DNA of 64,000 nt from Lama glama (GCA_028534125.1 CM052832.1:10728001-10792000), one strand, 5' to 3'. Counted from the stretch's first letter, positions 24,967 through 37,956 are shown. Numbers and translations: made by a program. The notes: generated by a model from the sequence alone, not told the origin.

Positions 24967-26239
24967 GTGTCTCTGTCCTCTCTCCTGTGAGCTTTAATGA
25001 TATTACGCCAGGGCGGCGCCTGCTGAGGCCCAGCTGTGGACTTACAGGGAAGGGCTGCTGCAGGGAGGCCTGCCCCTCACCTGGGCTTCCAAGGGTCAGG
25101 TGACGAGAGGGGCCTATGAGGCGCAGGAAGACACTGCTAATATCAGCCTCAGATCCCAGAGGCAGAACTATGGGAAGATAGATACTGGACACAGCCCCGC
25201 CCTCAGGGAGCCCCATTCACTGAGGGAGATCCAACCCCTACCTTTACTGACCTTTAAGTCTGATGTCCTGGTCAGATATTGACCCGTAATTAAGTTCTCT
25301 AGCTGGAGTAAACTTTAATGCTACCCAACCATTGCCTACCCTGTAGCCTGGGTGGCTTGAAGAAGAAAAGCCAATTTTAATTTTAGCCTGAGCCAAACAT
25401 AATGAGGAGAGTAAATCATAGAGTGAACATTCCCCAGCCAAATGGAAATGAGTTTTGGATTATCTGCCGCGTTGAATTATCCACCCCACTGCTCCCTTCA
25501 TCGACAGGGTCCTAGAGGGGCCCCCATACTCCGCTTGCTCCCTTAAGTGTGGAGACTAGAGGGAGACCGGGGTGCTTGAGGATGGGGGTTGCTGGTGAGT
25601 CAGTGAGCCTGGGGGTGCTCTGTGATTTAGAAAGGGCTAAGATGGCAAAGACTGAGTCCTTGAACATGACTCTGCCAGGGAAAACCTTGGACGAGGGAGA
25701 AAGGACTGGAAAGGCCCTGCTGACTAGACACGCATCCCTGTGTGTCCACATTCTGCACATTCCCCCTCCAAAGTGAGCAGGAGGTGGTCCACCCAGGTTC
25801 CCAGAGCTGGAGCCTTGCTTGAGGCTTCAGGTGATGGAATCTGAAAGATGCTTGAAGTGGGGGCAGGGGGTAGATACTTCAGGGAGAGTCTTGAAAGCCA
25901 TGACTGAATCAAAGCACAGATCTCTCTGTGTGAAATCAGAGCCCCCACACCCTCACACCTGAGGGCTGGTGTGGAGGCTGACAGGCAGAAACGGGGAGGA
26001 AGGCTGAGGCCTAAGCTGATGCTGAGAGCTGCCAGCCCTGTGGGCTGTCTGTGTCCCCTAAGCAGGGACAGATCACAGGCGACCATGGAGATTAATGCAT
26101 TTGCAGTTGACGACACGGCAGCAAAACAGCATTTGTTCCCATCAAAGCTAAACAAACAGGCTTGCTCCCTCTCCCTTCCTCACACGCCCTCAACTTGCAG
26201 GCAGCCTCATTCACATCCAGGTCCTCATTCGTAAAACCA

Positions 26240-26485
26240 GGCCCTCCTTCACCCACACAGGTCTCCATTCACACAAACACACCCATTCACTCAGGCAATC
26301 ACCTCCATTCATGCGACGCCCCCTCACTCACACACCAAGGCGGCTCCAGGCACAGCCAGACACGCCTGCTTCTTCATGCACACACCTACCTCTCCACTCA
26401 CCCTGCACACCCATCTGTACATGGGCCTCCCTCATTCACACACACTCATTCACACACATTCATCCACACGCTGCCACACACAGAG
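26240..26485 (+). repeat. Degenerate CA-rich low-complexity tract
   Basis: Repeated CATTCACAC/CACACAC motifs. Confidence 0.7.
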
Positions 26486-26734
26486 CTCAAGACAAAAGAG
26501 GGCTGGTGCTCCCCAGCCCCGGTCGTGAACACACTGGGTAGAAGACGTTTTCCATTCAACTATTAATGTCAATCTTTTGTGGAGGAGCCAAGGTCTACTT
26601 CTTTTAATGGGTTGCTGGTTTAGTCACTGATAAGAATGTGCATGGCTTTCATCATTTTTCATTTCCATGTATCTGACATTTCCACAGTGGCCCAGGCTCA
26701 GTGGGTACCTTATATCATGAGAGCTATAATTAAG

Positions 26735-27060
26735 AATTGTGACCTGGGCTGGATTGCCCATAAATGGACCTGAAACAAGGATCTGAGTGTAGGTGATTTA
26801 TTTGACTGGTGCTTGCAGGACATATGGGAAAGGGAAGAGGCGTGGGAGGTGAGATGAGGAGGGGAAGGCAGCCAGTACAAGCTGTGTTAGTAGCAGGTGA
26901 CTTCAAAGGGCCACTGCACTTCTGGGAGACTGTGCAGAACGTGCTTCAGAATCGTCCCATCCAAGCAGTGAGGAAGTTGAAGTATTTATCCTCCATCCCA
27001 TCCCGTTCTTAGCCTGCCCGGCCTGCCCCAGATAGAGGCAAGCACACTTCTGCAGTAAGT
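26735..27060 (-). mobile_element. ERVL LTR fragment (LTR16-like)
   Basis: GACCTGAAACAAGGATCTGAGTGTAGGTGATTTATTTG is an LTR16-type end in reverse. Confidence 0.55.
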
Positions 27061-30000
27061 CAGCCTGTACCGAGTGATGAAGGTGCCAGGGAGTACGGCT
27101 CTTCATGCTGGTGCACTCATCATTCATTCATTCATTCATTCATTCTCTCATCAAACATGTCCCTGGTGCCTACTCTGAGCCAGGTCCTGGGCTTGCTCCT
27201 GGGAATTCAGAGCTGAACAAAACATAGTCCCTGACAAGAAGGGGTTCCCAGGTGAATGGGGTAGAAGACACGGAAACACAGAATTACACTGTAGCACAAT
27301 AAAAGCTATCATGGACACGTTCGCAGCGGGCCAGAGTGCTGTAACTGAGAGCAGGGAGGAAGCAATTCAGAGCTTAATAACTCCCTTACAATCACAACTG
27401 CTTACCTTGCACAACAGAAGTTTAAACAGAGTCTAAATGGGCTCATTCTGCCCTTTGAATGTTTTAGATACCTTTTCCCCTTGTCTTCCCTGTCACCTGT
27501 CCTATCTAAGACCACTGTTTTAAGCTAGTTTATGAAGAAGTCCCAGGATTGGGGATGTGGCCTCTTTCTCCGTGGCTTGGCTTGGGGACAGCACAGGGAA
27601 TGTTTTTGCCCATCCTGTCCAGAAAGGAGCCATGGAGCTGGGACCTTCCCAGGGCAGGGGGCCCCCTTGGGGATTTGGCTTTCTCTGTCTCTCTCTTCTT
27701 CTCAACCTCTCCCTTCAAACTAGAAGCTGTAACTCCAAGACCACAATAGGAGCTGCCTGCGGTCAAAGACTATGCCTCCCCTGTCAGACTGGAGCTCTTT
27801 GAGGTCAGGAGCTATCTCCCTCTCCAGCACACGTTTGTTGAACTTGCCCCCTCCCCTCTTTCTCAAAGTTCTGGAAGGATCCCTGTACAAGGCAGCATCA
27901 TGGAGAGGGTGCAGAGGAATCAGTTCTGTGATGTTAATTCACTCTTCTTACCCTTAGAAGAAGCCCCGCACTTACCTCCTGAGGGCCTGGGAGGAGGAGG
28001 TGCCTGTGTGGGACAAGGGCAGAGCTGAAAGCCTCGAACTGGAATCACACCAGGAGACTCCCAGACAAGAGGAGCAACCCCTTTGTGAAGCCCATGTCTG
28101 GGAATCAAGGTTCCCTTTCTGGTCCCCTGGCTCCAGAGCTGGTCCCTTCAGGGCTCCCCTTGAATGGTGTGATTTACGGGGAGCAGCAAGTCTGGAAGGA
28201 CGCAGGCGGCTGCCTCTCCTGGCAGATCCAAACCTCTCCCACTCTTATTAATTCACACTTTCCTGTTGGCCTGGAGCACCCTGGAGGGGCCGTTTCTTTT
28301 TACCTGAAGCAGAGACAGGCATCTTACTTGATTTACAGGCTCCAGGGGCGGCTCCTCGGCTGGTTGCTAAGGTATCTTTTAAATGGAAATCAGGGTGGAG
28401 AGATATCACATACATCGTGCCAGCCATCTGCTAAATGTTGCCTCTTCTGTCTGGAACAGCTCGACGTGGTTCCGACAGGGAGGCAGGGCCCAGGGGCTGG
28501 GGGGAGGAGGGGAAGTCTGTGGTGTCCACAGCAAGTGAAGAAACAGGAACTTTCCTTTTGTGCCGCCATGTCCGCCATGTCTCTTAGTTTTCCTCTTTCT
28601 GTCCTCATCTTTCTTTTTTTCCTTTTGTTTTAAATATAAAATCCCATCTGGAGATTCTGATGACAAGCCACCAGCCTAGCTCCACAACTCTATATTTATT
28701 GCCAGTATATTGAATTGTGCGCGTGCGCGTGTGTCTGTATGTGACTCACGACCATCGGGCCTGGCAGGTGGGTCTTTCTGAGCCAATTAGGCCCCTGCTC
28801 CTGAGAACACCAGCGTCCCTTCCAGCCCATCCCCTAGAAGCAGGAAACACAAGTGCCCACATTTAGTCGAACAGCTGGCTGCCACAGGTTACTACGCAAT
28901 CCGTAGTGGAGGCGCCAGTTTCTGGTCACATCGGGCACGTGGGGGCCTCTGGAGGGGCCTCTTCTGCTGTAAAGACAGCCTGGGGCCAGACTGTACTCGG
29001 TTCGAATCATAGTTCTTCTCAGGAGAGCTGGGAGAACTTGGCCAGGCCCAAACCTCTTTGACCCTCACTCCCTGGTGGTTAAATCAGGGATAGTGACACT
29101 CAGGCCATGAGATATGGCAGGGCAGGCTGCTCACAGCACAAGGCTGTTCAGCTAAGGGGTTCTTTCTAATTACACAAAAGCACCTCATGGATGAGTGGCA
29201 GAGTTGTGAAAACCGCTCGTAGACACGGGGCGGGGGTTGGGGTGGGCAGGGAGACACTGCCCCTACTCTGGGTAAACGCCCAGAGGCGCTGATTCCTACG
29301 GCACAGCAGGTCCAGGTTCAGGGGAGACTGTCTCTCCTCCCCTCCAGCTCAGCCGCCGCTGGCTCCCTGGTAACTCCCCCTGGTCTCCCCTTCCCTCCCC
29401 GCTCCTGGCTCATAGACATTCTGAGCAGACAAGCTCTTGCTCCTTTGCAGATGGATTCCTCCCATGAAGGCTGATTCTGACATTTGATACCAGCATCCAT
29501 TTCACAGCCTCGCTTCTGATCCCCATGCACCTCTCTCAGCTTTGCCCATAAATAATCCCATGGCCCCTCCTGCCGGCTTTCATCTGCTTCTTTGTTCCTG
29601 ATACCAGCCCTCTACTCCTAATCTCCACATCTCCGTGGTCCCCTTCACCACCTACACCACTCCGAGCTGCTTAGAGGGACCTAGGTTGCTCCTTCTAACT
29701 CATTCAAATCCCAGCTCAAAAGAGAGATCCTCCCATCCCCCCGGCGTGTGAACTAATTGCCTGTTATCTACCCGCTCCCCTCACCTCCCTCCCAACTTGG
29801 GGTTTAAGCTGCTTTTTGTTTGGCTGTGAGAGTAATATATTAAGTGACAGTTCTCAGAATACAATTTTAATTAAGATTCAATAGTCACTTCTCCGTCAGT
29901 AATCTTCCATGCTGATTACTTAAAATATATTTACCCAGTTCTATTATGTCACAGATTTGAATTCATTAGACGTTTGTTAATCCTCAACAAACTTTCTTTT

Positions 30001-30839
30001 TAGTGTGGTTTGTTTAGCATAATTTACAAGGACAAAACCGCTCGGAACGATGGGCCCCAAGCAGGGTGTGCATCGCAGTGTCCGGGTCTTTCCTGCCTGC
30101 TGCATCGCCGTCGCTCTCCATCAGGGGGCAGGCGGCAGAAGCAAGGAGGGAAAGGCCCAAGGATGCTGTAGGCTGAGGCAGTCCATCCACATTGCCCTGA
30201 AGCAGCCCCTACCGGTCAGCCTTACAGGACACAGGGTGGGGTCGGAGACAGTGGAGAAGGGGTCAGGAGAGACAGTGAGAAGTATCCCACAGAGGCCACC
30301 GACAGCCTTGGCCCTGGACTCGGATACACCTGACAAACATTGCCATTTCCTGCATGTGCCGAGATGGGAAGATGTCGGGAAGTCCTGCTTAGCCTTAGAA
30401 ACTTGCAGCATTTACTGACAAGGGCTCTTGAGGAAGCCACCTTTCTCAGGGGCCAGAGGCTTTCTAAACCCTATCCCCCCATACACATGCACACACACAC
30501 ACACACAAACGCATGTACACATCCACCTCCAACTTAACTAGCAAGGGACTTCCTTGGGTGTGGTTTTCTCTCTGTCCCCAGTGGGTAGAGGGGGTACTGC
30601 TCACCTCTCCTTGAGCAGACACAGTGACCAGGGACATAAGGCCTCCCTAACACTGAGCACAGTAAGCCATGCTGGGAAGCACGGTTAGCAGAAGATGCTT
30701 CTAAAGCTTCTGTGAGACTAGGCTGCTCCATGAAAATGGTTTTCTCAGCTGATTAGCCAAGTGAACCTTGGACAGTGTTGATACAGAACTCAGAACCTCA
30801 GTGACAATGCCAGAAACTCACTTGGCTCAGCACCAAATT

Positions 30840-31340
30840 TTATTCATTTATTCATTTATTCATTTATTCATTTGATATTTATTGGGCACTTACTATGAGT
30901 CAGGTGTGGTACTGGGAGCTGGGATACAGTGATGGGTGGATAAGATAGATAAGTTCCCTGCCTTGTGGAGTTTACAGTCTAGGAACCCATACATGTACAC
31001 GATTAAGGAATTATAATTAAAAATGTGGTGAGCGATACGTAGGACAAGTACGGGGTGCTAAGGCGCAAACAGCAGGAGGGTCTAATTTGGTCCAGGTTTT
31101 GGAGAGGCTTCCTGGAGCAGGTGGTGTTTAAGCTGAGCCTGGAGGTGGACTAGGAGCTTGGCCAGGCAGGAGTGGAGTTGAGGGAGAAGCCGGGAAGAGA
31201 CCAGAGCATGGAGGAAGTCCTGGAGGAAGATCAAGCCTGGCATTTAGATGTGAAAGGGGTTGAGTGTAGCTGGAGCAAGAACAAGGGAAGAGAGAGTGGT
31301 GAGAGATAAAGTGGGGAGATGGGCAGAGCTGGCTTTTGCA
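30840..31340 (-). mobile_element. L2 LINE 3' region with (ATTCATTT)n tail
   Basis: TTCATTTATTCATTTGATATTTATTGGGCACTTACTATG...CCCTGCCTTGTGGAGTTTACAGTCTAG...GGCTTCCTGGAG. Confidence 0.8.
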
Positions 31341-31691
31341 AAGACTTTTTCTTCTGTTAAAACAAAAAGAAGGTCAATGCAGATGAAAAAAAGATTCCTA
31401 TTCGTTATATCAGGCCTCATCTAAGCATGGACCAGAACACATTTGAATGTGGAGAAGATGGCAGATGGAAAGCTTCCACATGTAGGCACCTCTGGGATGG
31501 ATGTGCCTGGCGGGACCTGGGTCAGGGCAGGCTGGTACCCCTTAGGGAAGAGGTCAGTGAGGGACTGGCAGGGTGGGCAGTTGCTCATGGGAGCTCAGAG
31601 CAGAGCTGGTGGAATAAGGCACATTGATAACAGCTTTTAATGCGGGTGACCATAATGAAGATGAAAAGAAAAAAAAAACTTTTGGAACAAA

Positions 31692-31912
31692 AACAAGCAA
31701 GCTTTTTCTGTAAAGGGCAAGACAGCAAATATTTTAGGCTTTGCTGGCCACATTCTATCTGCTGCAACTACTTACTTCCATCATTATTGCATGAAAAAAA
31801 GCCATAGACGATATGTAAAGGAATGATCATGGCCATGTCCTAATAAAACTTTATTTACAAATACAAGAAGCAGGCTGGATTTGGCCCGTGGGCTATAGTT
31901 AGCTCACACCTG
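31692..31912 (+). mobile_element. MER58A-like hAT-Charlie MITE
   Basis: TTTTCTGTAAAGGGCAAGACAGCAAATATTTTAGGCTTTGCTGGCC...AATAAAACTTTATTTACAAA...GGATTTGGCCCGTGGGCTATAGTT. Confidence 0.85.
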
Positions 31913-31916
31913 CTCT

Positions 31917-32240
31917 AATGGTGCTGTCCAGTGTGGTAGCCTATAGCCGCATAGGGCTACTGAGCACTTGAAATGTGCTCTAAGTGTTAAATACACTTAG
32001 ATTTTGAAGACTTAGTACAGATAAAAGAAAGTTAAACATCTCATTCATAATTGTTTGCATTGATTACACATTGAAATACTATTCTGGATATGGTGGGTTA
32101 AATAAAATACATTATCAAAATTGATTTTACTTGTTTCTTTTCACTTTTTTTATTATGGCCATGTAATTTAAATGTAATTCAATATGTAATATAAAATTAC
32201 ATTTGTGGCTAGTATCATATTTCTGTTAGACATTTCTGTT
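31917..32240 (+). mobile_element. MER33/MER3-like hAT-Charlie element
   Basis: GTGCTGTCCA...GCTACTGAGCACTTGAAATGTG...ATTTTGAAGACTTAGTAC...ATTACATTTGTGGCT...ATTTCTGTTAGACA. Confidence 0.8.
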
Positions 32241-33619
32241 CAGGAATAATGCTCAGTTCAGATGAAATGTAGAGTTAAGTCTCTGGCGCTGAAGGGTCTC
32301 AGGTGGGAGATTTGCCCTTAAAGAAACATGATAATGGAATTCAAATCTTCACAATAAAGTAATATCTGATTGGAATAGGTTTTTGTTTATTATATGTCTT
32401 TTTTTTTATCAGCTAGTTCTTTTGTCAGCATCTGTGCTCCTCAAACTGGGAGCTATGGAGCTTTACTTCCCCAAGGTATTAATAGTTGTTATGCAAAAAA
32501 AAAAAAAAGGAGTCTATTTAGCTAAAAAAAAAAACAGCAATGTAGAATTAAACATTAAGCCAAATTTCTTTACTGCCGCAGAATTTCTCAACCCTTCTGA
32601 ACTTGCTAAGGCGTAGAGAGCTTTCCAAGAGTGAGCAAGAGTGGGCTGCACTTCCCCAGTTCATTGACCTTAGGAGCCTTCCTTGCAGAACCCTAATTAA
32701 CACTCCTAGAAGGCAAATTGAGAGCTGTTGGTCTGTGTGACGCTACTCAACGAGTGTGCCTCATTTTCCAAAAGTCCAACTCAATTGATGTTTTTAGCAC
32801 TACATAAATACAGCCACACTGAGTACAACATGGAACAGTGAGAAAACTGTAAGATTCGGAGGCATAAAGACCTCAGCCACAGTCCTGTTCCTTCCTTCCC
32901 TGGAGAGTCACTTATGCAAAAGCACCTACTATGTGCCAGGCAGTGCTTTAGGCCTTTTAGTTGGTCAGTAGTCTGGCTCCAGGCCATCCTCAGAAAAACA
33001 AATCCCAACCCTTTGGGGCTTTGTTGCCAGTGCAGAAGACAAATAATAACAGGACAAGTAGGTAAAATATACAGTAAATTAGTGAACAGTTCTAAGGAGA
33101 AAATGCAGAGCAGGGAAGAGGTATATGCAGAGGGTGGGGCCCCAGTGAGAAGGTGACTTTCGAGTAAGGACCAGAAGGAGGCACTCAGGCCACAGACAAG
33201 TCCTCATCTATACACGCAGATAAGCCCTTCCCTATGAAGGGTGTTCCTGGAGCCTAGATGAGATGATGCACGTGAAGGTTCAGGCAGAGGACCCAGCACA
33301 TACTAAGTGCTCATACAAAGAAGCCCTTGCCTTTGCCTCCCCTCCAACCCCTTCTTCAGTTCCCTGAACTTCCAGAGATTCATCCACTGTGTGGATTCTC
33401 CATGGTGAAGAATTTATCCAAAGCCAGTTCCCCACTAACCCTGGCATCTCCTGGGGCCAGCTCGCTCCTTGTCCATGTTCTTGTTCTCAAGGAATGCTGG
33501 TCGAATTTGATTCCATGCTGAGCCTAATCTAATTACGGAGGCAAAACTGGCTTCAAAATACAACCATAACACACTTTTCAAATCCAATGATTATTCGATG
33601 AACCACTGGTATGGAATTA

Positions 33620-33860
33620 TCCATCTGCCCATCCATCCATTCAACAAATGTTTATTGAGCATCTACTGTGTTCCAGATGCTGTGCTAGATGCAGGGAATA
33701 CTGCAATTAATAAAACAGACAAAAGTACCAGCCTTCATGGAACTGACCGTCTAGTGGGGGAGATAGAAAATATTCCACGAACATCATTAGTAAGTAAATT
33801 AAATAGTCTGTTAGAAGGTGATAAGAACCAAGGAGAAAGGAAAAAGCAGAACCGTATTAG
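33620..33860 (-). mobile_element. L2 LINE 3' end just upstream of the coding exon
   Basis: CATCCATTCAACAAATGTTTATTGAGCATCTACTGTGTTCCAG...AATAAAACAGACAAAA. Confidence 0.8.
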
Positions 33861-33980
33861 AGAGATTGGGAGAAGAGACTACGCCTGCCGGAGCAGATGC
33901 CACTCTGTGCTGCTCCCCAAGGCAGGGGGTGTGTGTGAGGGAAGAAGCCCTGGGCGAGGGCATTAGAAAGTCACCTCCTG

Positions 33981-34033
33981 ACCCTGACCTTGTGTCCCTC
34001 CCTTTCAGGCACCGTGGCCTGAGTGACCAGACC
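33981..34033 (+). other. LRFN2: Splice acceptor region and short 5'UTR portion of the LRFN2 first coding exon
   Basis: Branch-like CCTGAC, pyrimidine tract and TTTCAG (AG at 34007-34008), 25 nt upstream of the ATG. A second CAG at 34028-34030 is an alternative acceptor. Confidence 0.75.
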
Positions 34034-35433
34034 ATGGAGACTCTGCTTGGTGGCCTGCTGGCGTTTGGCATGGCGTTTGCTGTGGTCGACGCCTGCCCCA
34101 AGTACTGTGTCTGCCAGAACCTGTCTGAGTCACTGGGGACCCTGTGCCCCTCCAAGGGGCTGCTCTTCGTGCCTCCCGACATTGACCGGCGGACGGTGGA
34201 GCTGCGTCTGGGCGGCAACTTCATCATCCACATCGGCCGCCAGGACTTCGCCAACATGACGGGGCTGGTGGACCTGACCCTGTCCAGGAACACCATCAGC
34301 CACATCCAGCCCTTCTCCTTCCTGGACCTCGAGAGCCTCCGCTCCCTGCACCTCGACAGCAACCGGCTGCCCAGCCTCGGGGAGGACACACTGCGGGGCC
34401 TGGTCAACCTGCAGCACCTCATCGTGAACAACAACCAGCTGGGCGGCATCGCCGACGAGGCCTTCGAGGACTTCCTGCTGACGCTGGAGGACCTGGACCT
34501 CTCCTACAACAACCTCCACGGCCTGCCCTGGGGCTCCGTGCGGCGCATGGTCAACCTGCACCAGCTGAGCCTGGACCACAACCTGCTGGACCACATAGCC
34601 GAGGGCACCTTTGCTGACCTGCAGAAACTGGCCCGCTTGGACCTCACCTCCAACCGGCTGCAGAAGCTGCCCCCAGACCCCATCTTCGCCCGCTCCCAGG
34701 CCTCTGTTCTGACGGCCACGCCCTTTGCCCCACCCTTGTCCTTTAGTTTTGGGGGGAACCCGCTGCACTGTAACTGTGAGCTTCTCTGGCTGAGGAGGCT
34801 GGAGAGGGACGATGACCTGGAGACTTGTGGCTCCCCAGGGGGCCTCAAGGGCCGCTACTTCTGGCACGTGCGCGAGGAGGAGTTTGTGTGCGAACCGCCT
34901 CTCATCACCCAGCACACGCACAAGCTGCTGGTGCTGGAGGGCCAGGCGGCTACGCTCAAGTGCAAAGCCATCGGGGACCCCAGCCCTCTCATCCACTGGG
35001 TGACCCCCGATGACCGCCTCGTGGGGAACTCCTCCAGGACGGCCGTGTATGACAACGGCACCCTGGACATCCTTATCACCACGTCTCAGGACAGCGGCGC
35101 CTTCACCTGCATCGCTGCCAACGCGGCCGGGGAGGCCACAGCCACGGTGGAGGTGTCCATCGTCCAGCTGCCACACCTCAGCAACAGCACCAGCCGCACC
35201 GCGCCCCCCAAGTCCCGCCTCTCGGACATCACTGGCTCCAGCAAAACCAGCCGGGGAAGTGGAGGCAGTGGGGGCGGGGAGCCTCCCAAAAGTCCCCCTG
35301 AACGGGCTGTGCTGGTGTCCGATGTGACCACCACCTCGGCCCTGGTCAAGTGGTCCGTCAGCAAGTCCGCTCCCCGGGTCAAGATGTACCAGCTGCAGTA
35401 CAACTGCTCCGACGATGAGGTACTGATTTACAG
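34034..35433 (+). CDS. LRFN2: Leucine-rich repeat and fibronectin type-III domain-containing protein 2 (SALM1), first coding exon, 1400 nt = 466 codons + 2 nt; partial CDS
   Basis: Kozak ACCATGG at 34031-34037. Translation [38 protein letters not shown]... matches LRFN2 as I recall it: signal peptide, LRRNT, LxxLxLxxN repeats, LRRCT (GGNPLHCNC), Ig domain (LKCKAIGDP...DSGAFTC), start of FN3. Ends at donor TACAG|GTGAGC (GT at 35434), phase 2. High GC3 and CpG content. Confidence 0.98.
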
Positions 35434-36929
35434 GTGAGCCAGGGCTGCGGCCAAGCAGGGAGGTGTCTGACGGGGCAAGGAGGAAATGATGGGGAGGGTT
35501 TAGAGCTGCTTCCACCTACACCCCACCACTTCAAAGATGTCTGAGGGATTCCAGGGACAAAGTGTGTCATTTGTGTAGGTAAGAGGGAGTAGAAAGAACA
35601 TTATCTACACGTTTAAGAAGAAAGGACCCCACGTGGGTAGCCCGAAGAGATGTGTCTGTAGGAGGACCATGCCTCCCAGAGGTGTGGCTGTGGTAGGAGG
35701 TCTCATGGCTATGAGCCTTCGAACTTTCTGTTTTGAGCTTCAGGTGGAGGACATGCAATAGCAATGACCAGATCTCTCGGCCAAAGGGTCTGACTCCTCC
35801 AAGAAGGAATGGATCTGGCCTTCACTTAGGCTTATAGGCAGTGGTGGTTAAGGTCTGGAGGTGTAGAATTCAGATATCACTCTGCCACTTGTTTGTCATT
35901 TGATTCTCCTGGCTGGACTCAGTTTTCCTCATCTTTAAAATGGGGACAGTCTGTACCTAACTTAGTCTGCGGGTAATTGAACCCAACTCAAACTGGCTGA
36001 AAAAAGAAAAAGGGAGAAGTAATGTGTTGGCCCATGTAACTGAAAACTCGAGGTTCAGCTAGATCAAAGGCCTCATAAACATCCTGCATTCTCAGTGTCT
36101 CACCTTCCCTAAGTTTCGTTTTCTTCTGGTTTGGCATCACCCCCAGGCAGCTTCTTTCCTCTGAACAGCCCTAGAGGGAGACAAGTGTCCCTGTCCCAGC
36201 TGGCCCCACAGGAGTCCTGGATGAGCTCAGATAAACTGGAGCAGGTCATATGAGCCTATTGGCTATTAGGGGTGGGGTCATCCTGGCCTCTCTGGGTATC
36301 AGTCTCCTCATCTGGAAATGGAGGCAATGATGTTGACCTTGCCAATCTGCTGTGAAGATCAAAGGGCCATTTCCTAGGCTGTTAGAAAGGGAGGTTAAGA
36401 AGGAAAAGCTGCAGTAGAATTGCCTGTCGATCAGAGGGAGGAAGGTGCTCATGGATGATGGATCCAAAGGGTCCAAAAGGTTGGGGGCTGAGCACAGGTG
36501 TGTTCCCTTCTCAGCCAGCCTCAGCTCATATTGAACATGAGAATCTTACAGCTCAGGGAATGCATGGTTTCTTTTGAAATCCTGTGTGTTTTATTTTAAG
36601 CATTTAAAACGATTATTCTGAGAAGGGATCCCATTGGCTTCACCAGACAGCTGAAGGGTCTGTGGTGCAAGAGAGGTCAAGAACCCTGACCCATCAGTGA
36701 GGTTTCTTCTGGCTCTGACTTTCTGAGTTGATGAGTCAGTCTCTAGATGGGAAGGTGTGGGGAAAGGAAGGCATTTGTTCACCAAATGGAGTCCATGAGT
36801 CGGAGGGTGGGTGCACCATGGACCTAGAGGAGCCAAGAACACCCCTTACCTGGTATCATATGTGTGGCTTGTCTGGAGAGCAGCTTTGTTCTCAGGATGT
36901 AAAGAAAATAGCATTAAAACTTAACTGAA

Positions 36930-37650
36930 ATATATGCATATTTATATATATACATATATATGAAATTAAACTTAAATCCACATATGTATTTTTTCTAATT
37001 ATAAAAATAATATTCTTTGTAGAAATTTTGGAAAGCAGAAGAAATGATAGAGAAATAAAAATTACCTATAATCCCACCACTCAAAGTTAACCAGAAGCAT
37101 TTGGCCTCTAAGTTTTATTTCAGTTCAAAACAACACTTATGATCAGTCTAGTGTGTGCATTTGCTTCTTAATTCTTTCCATTCAACATTGTAGCTTGCTT
37201 AGCTCCTATGGTATTGAAGTATTTTTCATTTGGCTATACTATAATTTATTTAATCAATCTTCTATTGTTGAACATTTAGGTTGTTTCCATTTTTCAATAT
37301 TAAAAGTCATGCAGCAAAAAAAAAAAAGTAATGCAGCAATGGATATATTTTTGTACATAAATATATTTGTGCAACTTCAGTGATTTTCTTAGCATATTTT
37401 CCTAGGGGTTGAATCACTGGTTTCTTAGGTAAATGATAATCTTTATACATTGCATATGAACATTTATTTATCCTCTCTTCAGTGGAAGGTGGCAGTGCCC
37501 ATTTTGACCACTCCTTTGCCAATTATTGAATATATAATTACTTTCATCTTTGCCAATCTCATAGGTGGAAAATGGAACTTGTTTTAATTTGCATTTCTTT
37601 GATAACTTGTGAGGCTGACCTTTTGAAAATAAGTATATTTCCTCACTTGT
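36930..37650 (-). mobile_element. Old L1M (L1ME-like) fragment
   Basis: ATAATTTATTTAATCAATCTTCTATTGTTGAACATTTAGGTTGTTTCCATTTT, TTTTAATTTGCATTTCTTTGAT. Confidence 0.75.
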
Positions 37651-37956
37651 GAATGCATTATACAGTTTTGACTTTGATACAAAGCGTAGGGGCAGAAGGC
37701 TACCAGCTCTGAGGCTTGCACAAGCATAGGGTGAAGGGAAATGCAGTTTGTGAGAGAGGAGAGATGCTGGCATCAAGGTGGCAGCAAGCCAAGGTTGCCA
37801 AGATGGGGACCCTCCCTGGGGGTCTCAGAGACCCTCCGAGGGCCCCCGGAGGGGTTGGAGCTATGCTTCTGAAGTCACTCAAAGCTGAATTCAAACTGCT
37901 TTCATTATTTATGGGGGAATGAGATCCTGGAGATACTAGGTTTATAAATAGAAATA

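Larger units (their letters stand above)
1..34008 (+). other. LRFN2: LRFN2 upstream intron (partial); the non-coding first exon lies upstream of the window
   Basis: Repeat-rich sequence with no CpG island or recognisable coding exon. Known LRFN2 structure has a very long first intron. Confidence 0.75.

Noticed and set aside
28985..29100. B-box GGTTCGAATC suggesting a tRNA
   Set aside because: Context is the tRNA-derived head of a MIR, with no cloverleaf.
33818..34033. 72-aa N-terminal extension of LRFN2 in the ORF track
   Set aside because: Starts at a non-ATG codon in L2-derived intron, upstream of the splice acceptor. The Kozak ATG at 34034 begins the signal peptide.
34130..35515. 461-aa ORF antisense to the LRFN2 exon
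   Set aside because: Shadow ORF: high GC3 codon usage of the sense exon depletes stop codons on the opposite strand, and the translation has no recognisable domain.
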